A stretch of DNA of 64,000 bases from positions 57,153 through 121,152 of the forward strand of contig CAWAAL010000024.1 of NCBI GenBank assembly GCA_963779975.1, in the 5' to 3' direction. Position 1 is the stretch's first letter, and every line of letters starts with the position of its first letter. The stretch is from an uncultured Planctomycetia bacterium (GTDB lineage Bacteria; Planctomycetota; Planctomycetia; Pirellulales; Thermoguttaceae). The notes under the pieces are model-generated. The model ran no database searches and had not been told where the DNA came from. It saw only the letters and a list, made by a program, of their open reading frames with translations. Shown here one piece after another: positions 18,149 through 26,743 of the stretch. Both the position numbers and the translations under genes were made by a program.

Positions 18149-20779
18149 ATGTTCTGCCCGAGTTTCGCTCCCCTGTTCGGAAATTCCTGGTCTCGCAAGC
18201 GCACCCGCCGGACGCCGGTTGCGAAACGCCTCACTCGGCCGCTGTCGCTGCTTCGCCTGGAATACCTGGAAGATCGCCGAATGCTCACGAGTATTCTGGG
18301 CTCGGCGGGGAGTTTCGCGGTTCTGGGCGCCTCGACGGTGACCAATACCGGCCCGACCACCATCACCGGAAATCTGGGTGTGTACGCGGGTAGTTCGATC
18401 ACGGGCCTGGGGAGCATCACGATCACGGGAACGGTACACCAAACGGATGCGGTCGCGCAGTTGGCGCAGGCCGATAACACCACCGCGTACAATGGTCTGG
18501 CGAACATGCCGTTCAACAGCGACTTGACGGGCGAGGATCTGGGTGGACTCACGCTCGTGTCGGGCGTCTATCATTTTGACTCGGCGGCCCAGTTGACGGG
18601 AACACTCACGCTCAACGCCCAGGGCAACAACAATGCGTTCTGGGTTTTCCAGATAGGGAGCGGGCTGACGACCGCCAGCAACTCGGCGGTTCAGGTGATC
18701 AATTTCGGTTCGAATGGCGGTTCCGATGACGGCGTGTTCTGGCAGGTCGGCAGTTCCGCCACGCTCGGCACCGCCACTTCGTTCGAAGGGAATATTCTCG
18801 CGCTGGCGAGCATCACCCTCAACACCACCGCAACCATTCTGAACGGCAGGGCCTTGGCGCAAACCGGCGCGGTGACGATGGATACCAACACCATCAGTAA
18901 CGTCTGCCCGCTGGGCGGCCCCGGTAACGGCGGCCCCGGCTACAGCGGCGGCCTTGAGTTCAATCCCATTGGCAAAGTCGTGCCCGTTACCCCGGGCGTC
19001 ATCCCGCCAACCGGGCCAGGCGTCATCGGCGGCATGAAGTTCGACGACCTGAACGGGAGTGGGGTGCAGAATGCCGCCGATCCGGGCCTGGCGGGGTGGA
19101 CGGTTTACGTAGACTACAACGACAACGGCGTGTTCGACAGCGCCACGGAGCCGTCGGCAGTGACGGGCCCGGGGGGAACGTATACGATCACGGGCGTGAC
19201 GCCGGGCACCTGGAAGGTGCGGGAAGTCGGCCAGACAGGCTGGACGACCTCGCTTCCTGCGACAAGCGACGTCTACGGCGCCTACCAGCTAGTCACCGTG
19301 CCGGCGAACGGGTCGTTGGTAGGGGTCGAATTCGGCAATTATGAGCAGACCTCGATCCACGGCTACAAGTTCAACGACCTGAACGGCAACGGCGTGGACA
19401 ACAGCGAGCCGCGGCTTGCCGGCTGGACGATCGTGCTGGTCGGCACGACCGGCGCGGGCACTGCGGTCTCGACCACCACGACGACGGGAGCCGACGGCCA
19501 GTATTCGTTCACCGGCCTGGCGCCGGGAACCTACACCGTGAGCGAGCAGAACCAGACCGGCTGGACGCAATTGGCCGGCGGGGCGACGTTCACGCTCACC
19601 AGCGGCGAAGAGGCGGTGGCCTATACCGGTGAGGCGGGCACGCTGTTGCCCGGTCAGGCCGAGGTGCTCACTGCCGGGCTGGCCTTCGGCAACCATCATC
19701 GTAATGTGATCGTCATCGCGCAGGCCAAGAGTCCGAACACGCCGCAATTGGTCCGAGTGATCGACGAGGGGAGCGGGGCCGTGTTGTCGCAGTTCGCACC
19801 GTACGGCAAAACCTTCCAGGGCGGCATTCGGATCGCCACCGGCGATCTCATCGGCAATGGCGCCGACGAGATCGTTACGGCGCCCGGATGGAGCACGGTT
19901 GCGGTCGTCAAGGTGTACAGCCAGACGGGCGTTCTGCTGACGTCCTTCGATCCGTACGGCCCGACGTTCACGGGCGGCGTCCAGGTGGCGATCGCCGACG
20001 TCGATGGCGACGGGTTGAACGACATCATCACGGTTCCCAGCTACGGGCCTGCCGAGATGAAGGTGTTCCGGAACCTGGGCGTCGTGGGTGGAGTGCCCAC
20101 GTTCAATGCATCGCTGCCCTACAGGGAATTCCTCGCCTTTCCGTCGTCGTTCATCGGCGGCGCGGTGGTTACCGCGGCCGACATGGGAAGCACCCCGCTG
20201 GCAAACGGACCGTTCGTCCCCGGGCTGCTGGACGGGAAGGCGGAAATCGTCGTCGGGAGCGGCGCCGGCATGAAGACCACGGTGAAGGTGTTCGACGTTA
20301 GCCGCATGACCACACTCATGCCCAACAGTGTGGCCGCGGCCGTTGCGAGTTTCACTCCTTTCAGCACAGCCACTTTCACTTATAAAGGGGGGGTGTCGCT
20401 CAGCGTGGCGAGGATCAGCGCCAGTCTCACCCCGGACATCATCGTGGGGGCCGGCGTCGCCGGCAATTCCCTGGTGGACGTTTGGGCCTGGAACACTCCT
20501 TCCCCCACGTTGTCCAGTTTATCGGCCAATGGCATGGGCTTTGCCGCGTTCACCGGTCCGAGTCAAACCGCGCCGGTTGAGGTAGCGGCAATGGACACTG
20601 CCGGTAACGGCATCGCGGATACGATTATTGCCGTGCAGGGACCTGGTGGGACCACGGGCCAGATCCGCGCGTTCAAGATTACCAGCGTCTCGCCGCTCCA
20701 GGTTTCGCCACCCACGACAGTCCCCGGCAGCTATCTGCAACCCTATTTCATCGATCAGGTTTTCGCGGCATACGTGTGA
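18149..20779 (+). CDS. large secreted surface protein: DUF3494 ice-binding-like domain + 2 SdrD-B/Cna-B-like domains + FG-GAP/VCBS-like region
   Basis: ATG 18149. N-terminal LRLEYLEDRRMLTS leader, then ILGSAGSFAVLGASTVTNTGPTTITGNLGV..., GxKFxDLNGxGV repeats, and DVDGDGLNDIIT-type repeats. Confidence 0.7.
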   Translation: MFCPSFAPLFGNSWSRKRTRRTPVAKRLTRPLSLLRLEYLEDRRMLTSILGSAGSFAVLGASTVTNTGPTTITGNLGVYAGSSITGLGSITITGTVHQTDAVAQLAQADNTTAYNGLANMPFNSDLTGEDLGGLTLVSGVYHFDSAAQLTGTLTLNAQGNNNAFWVFQIGSGLTTASNSAVQVINFGSNGGSDDGVFWQVGSSATLGTATSFEGNILALASITLNTTATILNGRALAQTGAVTMDTNTISNVCPLGGPGNGGPGYSGGLEFNPIGKVVPVTPGVIPPTGPGVIGGMKFDDLNGSGVQNAADPGLAGWTVYVDYNDNGVFDSATEPSAVTGPGGTYTITGVTPGTWKVREVGQTGWTTSLPATSDVYGAYQLVTVPANGSLVGVEFGNYEQTSIHGYKFNDLNGNGVDNSEPRLAGWTIVLVGTTGAGTAVSTTTTTGADGQYSFTGLAPGTYTVSEQNQTGWTQLAGGATFTLTSGEEAVAYTGEAGTLLPGQAEVLTAGLAFGNHHRNVIVIAQAKSPNTPQLVRVIDEGSGAVLSQFAPYGKTFQGGIRIATGDLIGNGADEIVTAPGWSTVAVVKVYSQTGVLLTSFDPYGPTFTGGVQVAIADVDGDGLNDIITVPSYGPAEMKVFRNLGVVGGVPTFNASLPYREFLAFPSSFIGGAVVTAADMGSTPLANGPFVPGLLDGKAEIVVGSGAGMKTTVKVFDVSRMTTLMPNSVAAAVASFTPFSTATFTYKGGVSLSVARISASLTPDIIVGAGVAGNSLVDVWAWNTPSPTLSSLSANGMGFAAFTGPSQTAPVEVAAMDTAGNGIADTIIAVQGPGGTTGQIRAFKITSVSPLQVSPPTTVPGSYLQPYFIDQVFAAYV

Positions 20780-20790
20780 CGTGCAATGTC

Positions 20791-22065
20791 TTACCACCGC
20801 GCCTCCAGGCCGACGTTCACCCCATGCAGGAACATGGCCCCGCCATTTTGCAATTGGTTGCCGCTGGGCGACGTCGCGAAGTTGAAATCGAGTTGATCCG
20901 GGGCGAGGGCCAGACCATCGATCCACATCAGGTTGTAGCCGGCCTTCAGGTTCCAGACGTCCGTCAGGCGATAGAGGGCCGAGAGGTTGATCTCGCCGAC
21001 AAAGGCCACTTCGTCGCCGCTAGCCGACACCGACGGCCGTAAGGGGAAACTAGGAAAATCAGTCACCGATTGCGTCTCTTTTGCTGCGTTGCCGAAGATG
21101 CCGGCCTTGCCAGTCGCCTCGCAGCCGAAGCGACTCCACGTGCGTCGCCACCTTGCCCCGGCCTGGGCGCCGAAGAGGTTATTGGTGGTGTGAATGTCGT
21201 AGGCCCCGTCCTCGACTGCCCCGGAAACCGTTTTCTGAACTGCAATGTCGAGTTCTTCGCCGAGGTCGATGTAGCGAAAGCCGGCAAACCACTCGAAAGA
21301 TCGGCAGCGCGCCGCGCCGCCGCCACATTCGTCGTTGACCTCGCCGCCGCCGCAGTCGCCGCCGCCGCAGTCGCCGCCGCCGCAGTCGTCGCGACGCTCG
21401 TCGCAGCACCCGCGACAGCAGACCAAATTCATCTCGAAACTATGCACCCAGGAAGTATAATTCACCTGAGCACTGTCCATGCCGACAAATACATTTCCAA
21501 AGAAGTTACCCGGGAAAATAAGGGCCCCGTTGGGATTGGGAACAGGTGCTACGGTACTCGCGGACGCATTTCCTTGAAAGAGGCCGAAATAGGAGAATTC
21601 GAGCGCCCGGCAACCGCAAAGCCGCACGCCAACCGTTACTTGCAAGCCGGGATCGAAGTTGAAATCGAGATCCGACGTCGACAGCAACGTCGTGCTCGTG
21701 TGGTCGACCTCGTTGTAGTTGACGACGATCGGCTGGCGAGCGAATTGGGGCTCCTGCTTCATGACCAGAGCCTCGACCTGGCCGTAGAACCGGGGACATG
21801 CGTCGTTGCAAGAGGGAAGGCAACACCCACCGAGACCATTGTCCTGCGACTTCGTGGACGGCGCCGTAGATCCCTGCTGGGGGGGCATTGGCGATGTTGC
21901 GTCGCTGGCGGGAACCGTCGCGTTCGATTCGGGCGCATCCGTCTGGCAAATACTCGTCGCCGAGGGTTGCTCGACATCCTTTGCAATCACCAGGGTGGTG
22001 GTTGTCGCGGCGAAGACCACGAACAAGATTCCGACCGTCAATCTCATGCGATTCATGCTCTTCAC
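20791..22065 (-). CDS. BBP7-type outer-membrane beta-barrel protein with Cys-rich insert
   Basis: Signal peptide, alternating beta-strand pattern, C-terminal ...GVNVGLEARW. Insert CCRGCCDERRDDCGGGDCGGGDCGGGEVNDECGGG. Confidence 0.6.
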   Translation of the reverse strand: MKSMNRMRLTVGILFVVFAATTTTLVIAKDVEQPSATSICQTDAPESNATVPASDATSPMPPQQGSTAPSTKSQDNGLGGCCLPSCNDACPRFYGQVEALVMKQEPQFARQPIVVNYNEVDHTSTTLLSTSDLDFNFDPGLQVTVGVRLCGCRALEFSYFGLFQGNASASTVAPVPNPNGALIFPGNFFGNVFVGMDSAQVNYTSWVHSFEMNLVCCRGCCDERRDDCGGGDCGGGDCGGGEVNDECGGGAARCRSFEWFAGFRYIDLGEELDIAVQKTVSGAVEDGAYDIHTTNNLFGAQAGARWRRTWSRFGCEATGKAGIFGNAAKETQSVTDFPSFPLRPSVSASGDEVAFVGEINLSALYRLTDVWNLKAGYNLMWIDGLALAPDQLDFNFATSPSGNQLQNGGAMFLHGVNVGLEARW

Positions 22066-22242
22066 TCCGGTTTGCTGATAGGAACCGCTCGTATCGGGAA
22101 GGCCCTATAAACAAATACCCCATTGGTTATAATTAATTACAATCGCGGTGGGTGATGGTGGATGACATCCTCGTCTCTCGTTGACAATCGCGGCGACCAG
22201 GCATGGTCCCACTAAAAGACGGAGGAAGGCAATGTTTCTGTT

Positions 22243-22296
22243 GTCGCTATGATCCATTTTCTTACTATAGTCGCTATGATCCATTTTCTTACTATA
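22243..22296 (+). repeat. 27-bp perfect tandem duplication inside an AT-richer 250-bp insert
   Basis: GTCGCTATGATCCATTTTCTTACTATA occurs twice in direct succession. Confidence 0.85.
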
Positions 22297-22455
22297 TTCG
22301 ATCGGACCCGCGCAATTGGAAATTGCAACAAACTGCGACACGTCGGCACAAACAGCATAACCGTCAAACTTTGCCAACTCGCGGGTGCAAGGTCGCCAAC
22401 AAGCAGCCAAAGCAGGGCCCGACAAGGGTTCGGCGCCACGAAAGGACCTGAACGG

Positions 22456-22543
22456 CTACTACTTCTTTACGTCGCGGAGAATGGGCGACTCGGCGCGGGT
22501 GAAGAAGAACGACCTCCTCGCCGGTGACGGTGCTGATGTCATT
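22456..22543 (-). pseudogene. DUF2294 gene relic (frameshifted 3' end)
   Basis: The reverse strand reads NDISTVTGEEVVL, then is out of frame through one extra T relative to relic 12586-12672. It lies 22 nt left of the copy 5 promoter. Confidence 0.65.
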
Positions 22544-22565
22544 TGAAAGAAGGCCAATAGCCCTA

Positions 22566-22748
22566 TTGCCTTTACCCTTTGGCGGCGTACAATGTGACTG
22601 TTGGAAGAGTCGCATCGCAGATCGTGCTGCTCCAACGAAGTTGTCGGATGACTAGAAAGAGGGCAACCCGGCCCTGCCGGGGGGCTCGTTGACGAGTAAG
22701 CCGACGTGGTCGAATACCTCCGGGTGTTCCGCCACGTCGGCTTTTTTC
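22566..22748 (+). ncRNA. GTCGGATGACTAG-box RNA module, copy 5
   Basis: TTGCCT 22566-22571, 16 nt, TACAAT 22588-22593. Box 22643-22655; T6 22742-22747. 30 nt to ATG 22778. Confidence 0.75.
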
Positions 22749-22777
22749 ATTTTCTGCCAGGTTCGGAGTACCCTCCC

Positions 22778-23791
22778 ATGTCGATCTTACCACACTTTCA
22801 CCAACCCCTGCAGACCGCGACAAAACAGCAGATTTTCCAGCAACATCGCCATGGCGACTCGGCGGAGTCGCTGGCCCGGCGTTTTTGTCGGTCCTGCACC
22901 CGCATTTACGGCATCATCAAGGAGATCCGGGCCGCACGGATCATGGAACTGCCGCTGGACTCCATGGGCAACGAGCAGTTTGCCCGCCTGTGCTCGGAGA
23001 AGAAGGAACGCGAGATATTACAGCCACCGCCGGAAGGCGATCTGGCGGCGAAGAAGTCGCGCGTGCCCGCCGGCATGCCCGCGTATCTGGCCAACCTGTA
23101 CGACGTGCCCCTGCTGACGCACGAGGAGGAGGTCCATCTCTTTCGGAAGATGAACTATCTCAAGTTCAAGGCGAGCGGGCTCCGCGACGCCCTCGACGTG
23201 AACCGGCCCAAGAGTTGCCTGATGGACCAGATCGAGGATCTGTACGACGAATCGGTCGCAGTCCAGAATCAGATCATCCGCGCCAACCTGAGGTTGGTGG
23301 TCGGGATTGCCAAGCGGTACGTCGGTCCGGCGGAAGACTTCTTCGAACTGGTCAGCGACGGGAACATGTCGTTGATCCGCGCCGTGCAGAAGTTCGATGT
23401 TTCGCGGGGCAACAGGTTCAGTACGTACGCAACTTGGGCGATCATGAAGAATTTCGCCCGCACGATCTCCGACGTGCTCCGTCAGCGGGGCCGTTTTTGC
23501 ACGAACCACGCGGAAACGTTCGGCGGCGCCGAGGATGACCGCACGGACCAGTACGAGCAGGCGTCGGCCCAAATCCAGCGGGAATCGCAAGTCGAGGGGA
23601 TCCTCGAGCGACTCGACGAGCGGGAGCGGCAGATTGTCACGAGCCGTTTCGGCCTGGCGCGCGGCCAGGAACCGCTGACCTTGAAGCAGGTCGGGGCTGC
23701 GATCGGCGTAACCAAAGAGCGGGTCCGTCAGATCCAGTGCCGGGCGATGAGCAAATTGAGAACGGCTGCCGAGGAGGACGGAATCGAGTGA
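22778..23791 (+). CDS. alternative sigma-70 family factor (regions 2-4, long N-terminal extension)
   Basis: ATG 22778. [72 protein letters not shown]...TLKQVGAAIGVTKERVRQIQ. Confidence 0.8.
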   Translation: MSILPHFHQPLQTATKQQIFQQHRHGDSAESLARRFCRSCTRIYGIIKEIRAARIMELPLDSMGNEQFARLCSEKKEREILQPPPEGDLAAKKSRVPAGMPAYLANLYDVPLLTHEEEVHLFRKMNYLKFKASGLRDALDVNRPKSCLMDQIEDLYDESVAVQNQIIRANLRLVVGIAKRYVGPAEDFFELVSDGNMSLIRAVQKFDVSRGNRFSTYATWAIMKNFARTISDVLRQRGRFCTNHAETFGGAEDDRTDQYEQASAQIQRESQVEGILERLDERERQIVTSRFGLARGQEPLTLKQVGAAIGVTKERVRQIQCRAMSKLRTAAEEDGIE

Positions 23792-23811
23792 TTCCAAGGG
23801 AAAGGGACAAC

Positions 23812-24195
23812 ATGACACTGAGTGAATATTTCGAGAATGCCAGAGGTTTCGGCGTCTTGGCGACAACCGACGCCGCCGCCCAAGTGAATCAGGCGATCTA
23901 CGCCAAGCCTCTCTTTTTGGACAAGGACGACGACGGGACTTGCTCCTTCATCATGAGCAACCGCCTCACCCACGACAACGTCGAACATAACCCAAGCGCA
24001 TCGTATCTCTTTATCGAAGATGGCGGAGGCTTCGTCGGCAAGCGGCTATCGCTGGTGATCATCGACGAGGAGACCGATCCCGAGAAGATCGAGGCGATCC
24101 GCCGCCGCGTCGAACTGCCGATGAGCGAAGAGGAATGCAAGTACCTCGTCCATTTCCACATCGAGGGCGTGCGCCCGCTGCGCGGCAACGCATGA
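23812..24195 (+). CDS. pyridoxamine 5'-phosphate oxidase-like (split-barrel flavin-binding) family protein
   Basis: ATG 23812 (MTLSEYFENARGFGVLATTDAAAQVNQAIYAKPLF...). Pattern-level match only. Confidence 0.45.
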   Translation: MTLSEYFENARGFGVLATTDAAAQVNQAIYAKPLFLDKDDDGTCSFIMSNRLTHDNVEHNPSASYLFIEDGGGFVGKRLSLVIIDEETDPEKIEAIRRRVELPMSEEECKYLVHFHIEGVRPLRGNA

Positions 24196-24349
24196 TGCAG
24201 CAGATTCGTCTGCCGGACGAGCAAGGCCCGCAGACGAATTCGCAAACAAGACGCAACCGTAAGGGAATCAACGGCTTGCGAAATCGGCCCTTGAATTCCC
24301 CGGTGAGGGCAATAGAATTGGCTCGAACCCTAGGGTACCGATAACGATC

Positions 24350-24979
24350 ATGGAAAACGCGATCCCGATTACGACTTTGTTCCTGGACGTCGGCGGCGTG
24401 TTGCTCACCAACGGGTGGGGCCGTCAATCCCGGGCACTGGCCGCCAAGACGTTCGAACTGAACCTGGACGAGTTGGAAGACCGGCATCACCTGACCTTCG
24501 ATACCTACGAAGTGGGCAAACTGACGCTGGAGGAATACCTGGACCGGACCGTTTTCTATGAGGACCGGCCGTTCACGCAGGACCAGTTCCGGGAATTCAT
24601 GTTCGCGCAGTCGCAACCTTATCCTGAGATGATCGAGCTGGTCCGCAATCTCAAGGCGCAGCACGAACTGAAGATCGCCGTAGTCAACAACGAAGCCCGC
24701 GAACTGAATTCGCATCGGATTCGAACCTTCAAGCTGGAGCAGTTCGTAGACTTCTTCATTTCCTCCTGCTTTGTCCACTTTCGCAAGCCCGACGCGGACA
24801 TCTTTCGGCTCGCGCTGGACATTGCCCAGGTGCCAGCCGAGCAAGTCGTCTATATCGACGACCAGCCGCTGTTCGTTCAGGTCGCGGACGGTCTGGGGAT
24901 TCGCGGCATCCGTCACGCGGGTTACCAGTCGACGAGCGCACAACTGGCCTCGTTCGGCCTGAAGCATGACGGGAATTAG
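24350..24979 (+). CDS. HAD-superfamily hydrolase (subfamily IA-like)
   Basis: LFLDVGGVLLTNGW (DxG variant motif I), VVNNEARE, FRKPDADIF, VYIDD. Confidence 0.7.
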   Translation: MENAIPITTLFLDVGGVLLTNGWGRQSRALAAKTFELNLDELEDRHHLTFDTYEVGKLTLEEYLDRTVFYEDRPFTQDQFREFMFAQSQPYPEMIELVRNLKAQHELKIAVVNNEARELNSHRIRTFKLEQFVDFFISSCFVHFRKPDADIFRLALDIAQVPAEQVVYIDDQPLFVQVADGLGIRGIRHAGYQSTSAQLASFGLKHDGN

Positions 24980-24981
24980 CT

Positions 24982-26214
24982 ATGGAACCCGCGAAAGCCG
25001 CTAGCCCGCGCATCCTGACGATCAACGGCGGCTCGTCGAGCATCAAGTTCGCGCTTTTCGAGGCCGGTGCCCCGCCGAAGCGGGTTCTTTCGGGCGGGAT
25101 TGAGCGGATCGGAACGCCGGATGCCACCTTCCAGGTGAAAGGCTTCGGCCAGATGGAGAATTTCTCGCGGCGAATTGCCGCGCCGGATCACACCGCGGCC
25201 GTGGGCGCTCTGATGGATTGGATCGAGGAACAAATCGGTAGTGGCGCCTTGACCGCGGTGGGGCATCGCGTCGTGCATGGCGGGCCGAAGTACAGCGACC
25301 CGGCGTTGATCACCAAGGAAATGGTCGAGGAGTTGCGTCAACTCAAACCATTCGATCCGGAGCACCTGCCGGAAGAGATCCAGTTGACCGAGGCATTTCA
25401 TCGCCGATTCCCTGACCTGCCGCAAGTGGCCTGTTTCGATACGGCCTTTTACCATGACCTGCCGCGCGTGGCCCAGTTGCTGCCGATCCCGCGCCGCTAC
25501 GAGGCGCAGGGCGTGCGCCGGTACGGCTTTCACGGGCTGTCGTATGCGTTTCTGATGGAAGAGCTGGCCCGCCTGGCGGGAGCGGAAGCGGCACAAGGCC
25601 GGATCATCCTCGCCCACCTTGGCAATGGCGCAAGCCTGGCGGCAGTGCATCACGGCAAAGCCGTGGACACGAGCATGAGTTTCACCCCGACCGCCGGCGT
25701 GCCGATGAGCACCCGCTCAGGCGATCTCGATCCCGGACTCGTTTGGTATCTGGCACGCACGGAGAAAATGAGCGCAAAGCAATTCAACGAGATGGTCAAT
25801 TTCCAGTCCGGGCTGCTCGGCGTGTCGGAGACCAGTTCCGACATGCGCGACCTGCTCGACCAGGAGACGCAGGACGTGCGGGCGGCGGAAGCGGTCTCGC
25901 TGTTTTGCTACCAGGTCAAGAAATGGATCGGCGCATTCGCGGCGGCGCTCGGTGGATTGGACACGCTGGTGTTCGCGGGAGGCATCGGCGAAAACGCTCC
26001 CGCGGTCCGCGCCCGGATTTGCCAAGGGCTGGAATTCCTGGGGATCGAACTCGAAGAAAAACACAACGCGGCCAACGCAGGCGTGATTTCCGCGTCCGCC
26101 AGGCGGGTAAGCGTCCGCGTCATTCGCACCGACGAAGAACTGATGATCGCCAAGACGGCTTGCCGCGTTCTTGGTCTGAGCGGACCCCAACCCGCTTGCG
26201 GTTTGTCGATTTAA
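24982..26214 (+). CDS. ackA: acetate kinase
   Basis: ILTINGGSSSIKFALFE, VGHRVVHGG, RRYGFHGLSY, AHLGNGASL, FAGGIGENAPAVR. Confidence 0.9.
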   Translation: MEPAKAASPRILTINGGSSSIKFALFEAGAPPKRVLSGGIERIGTPDATFQVKGFGQMENFSRRIAAPDHTAAVGALMDWIEEQIGSGALTAVGHRVVHGGPKYSDPALITKEMVEELRQLKPFDPEHLPEEIQLTEAFHRRFPDLPQVACFDTAFYHDLPRVAQLLPIPRRYEAQGVRRYGFHGLSYAFLMEELARLAGAEAAQGRIILAHLGNGASLAAVHHGKAVDTSMSFTPTAGVPMSTRSGDLDPGLVWYLARTEKMSAKQFNEMVNFQSGLLGVSETSSDMRDLLDQETQDVRAAEAVSLFCYQVKKWIGAFAAALGGLDTLVFAGGIGENAPAVRARICQGLEFLGIELEEKHNAANAGVISASARRVSVRVIRTDEELMIAKTACRVLGLSGPQPACGLSI

Positions 26215-26302
26215 TCGAAAACTGACCAAAGAATAAGGACTTACGCCGACAGCATTGACGTACTCCGTATTTATCGGTGCATCCCGGCCTTAAATCGACA
26301 GA

Positions 26303-26541
26303 CCGCTTGCCGGGCTGGTGAAGAAGTCTTTCTAGCGAGTAAGATCCGCAACAACCGATCAACGACCCCTGCCAGCTTGTCTGGCAGGTGAAGGAGTTTT
26401 GTTAGCGACTCGACAGGATCCCAACGATCCTCTTGTCGCGTCCGGTCCGGCACCCGGAGGGTGCCGGACCGGACGCGAAATGCGTTGGGGAGACGGCACC
26501 GTTCTCGCTAATAAAACTCGTTCACCAGCCCGGCAAGCGGG
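26303..26541. repeat. three ~41-nt related repeats (two direct, one inverted) in the ackA-xfp spacer
   Basis: 26303-26343 CCGCTTGCCGGGCTGGTGAAGAAGTCTTTCTAGCGAGTAAG; 26373-26413 CAGCTTGTCTGGCAGGTGAAGGAGTTTTGTTAGCGACTCG; 26501-26541 is the reverse complement of a third copy. Confidence 0.7.
26437..26477. repeat. perfect 19-bp inverted repeat, 3-nt loop
   Basis: CGCGTCCGGTCCGGCACCC-gga-GGGTGCCGGACCGGACGCG. No U-tract on either strand. Confidence 0.85.
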
Positions 26542-26743
26542 CTGGGGTCCCGAATAGATGCTGGAGACGCGTATCCGCCAATTCAGTTTGTGAGTTGCCC
26601 GTGCGATTTATATAATTGATGCGATCGCAGAGAAACCGGATGTATTGAGAGAGCAAACCCTGGATCATCCGCCTGATCGTCCTTGGCAGTTGAGTTTCCT
26701 TTGAGTTGCAAAACATGAAACGAAGAAGAGGGAGCCTTGATCC

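Noticed and set aside
18063-18341. ORFs that run through the module in several frames were considered as a conserved leader peptide. Examples are MVEYLRVFRHVGFF... at 11488, 18063 and 22706; KPTWSNTSGCSATSAFF; and minus-strand KKPTWRNTRRYS...SSHPT at 11238, 12597, 22572, 38305, 40255, 46567 and 48097.
   Set aside because: The similarity simply mirrors the conserved terminator hairpin. The putative GTG start has no Shine-Dalgarno. The apparently synonymous changes fall in the hairpin loop or wobble positions. Copies 8 and 11 and the 9047 paralog carry non-conservative changes (R->G/W, Y->C/G), and the reading frames end at different points.
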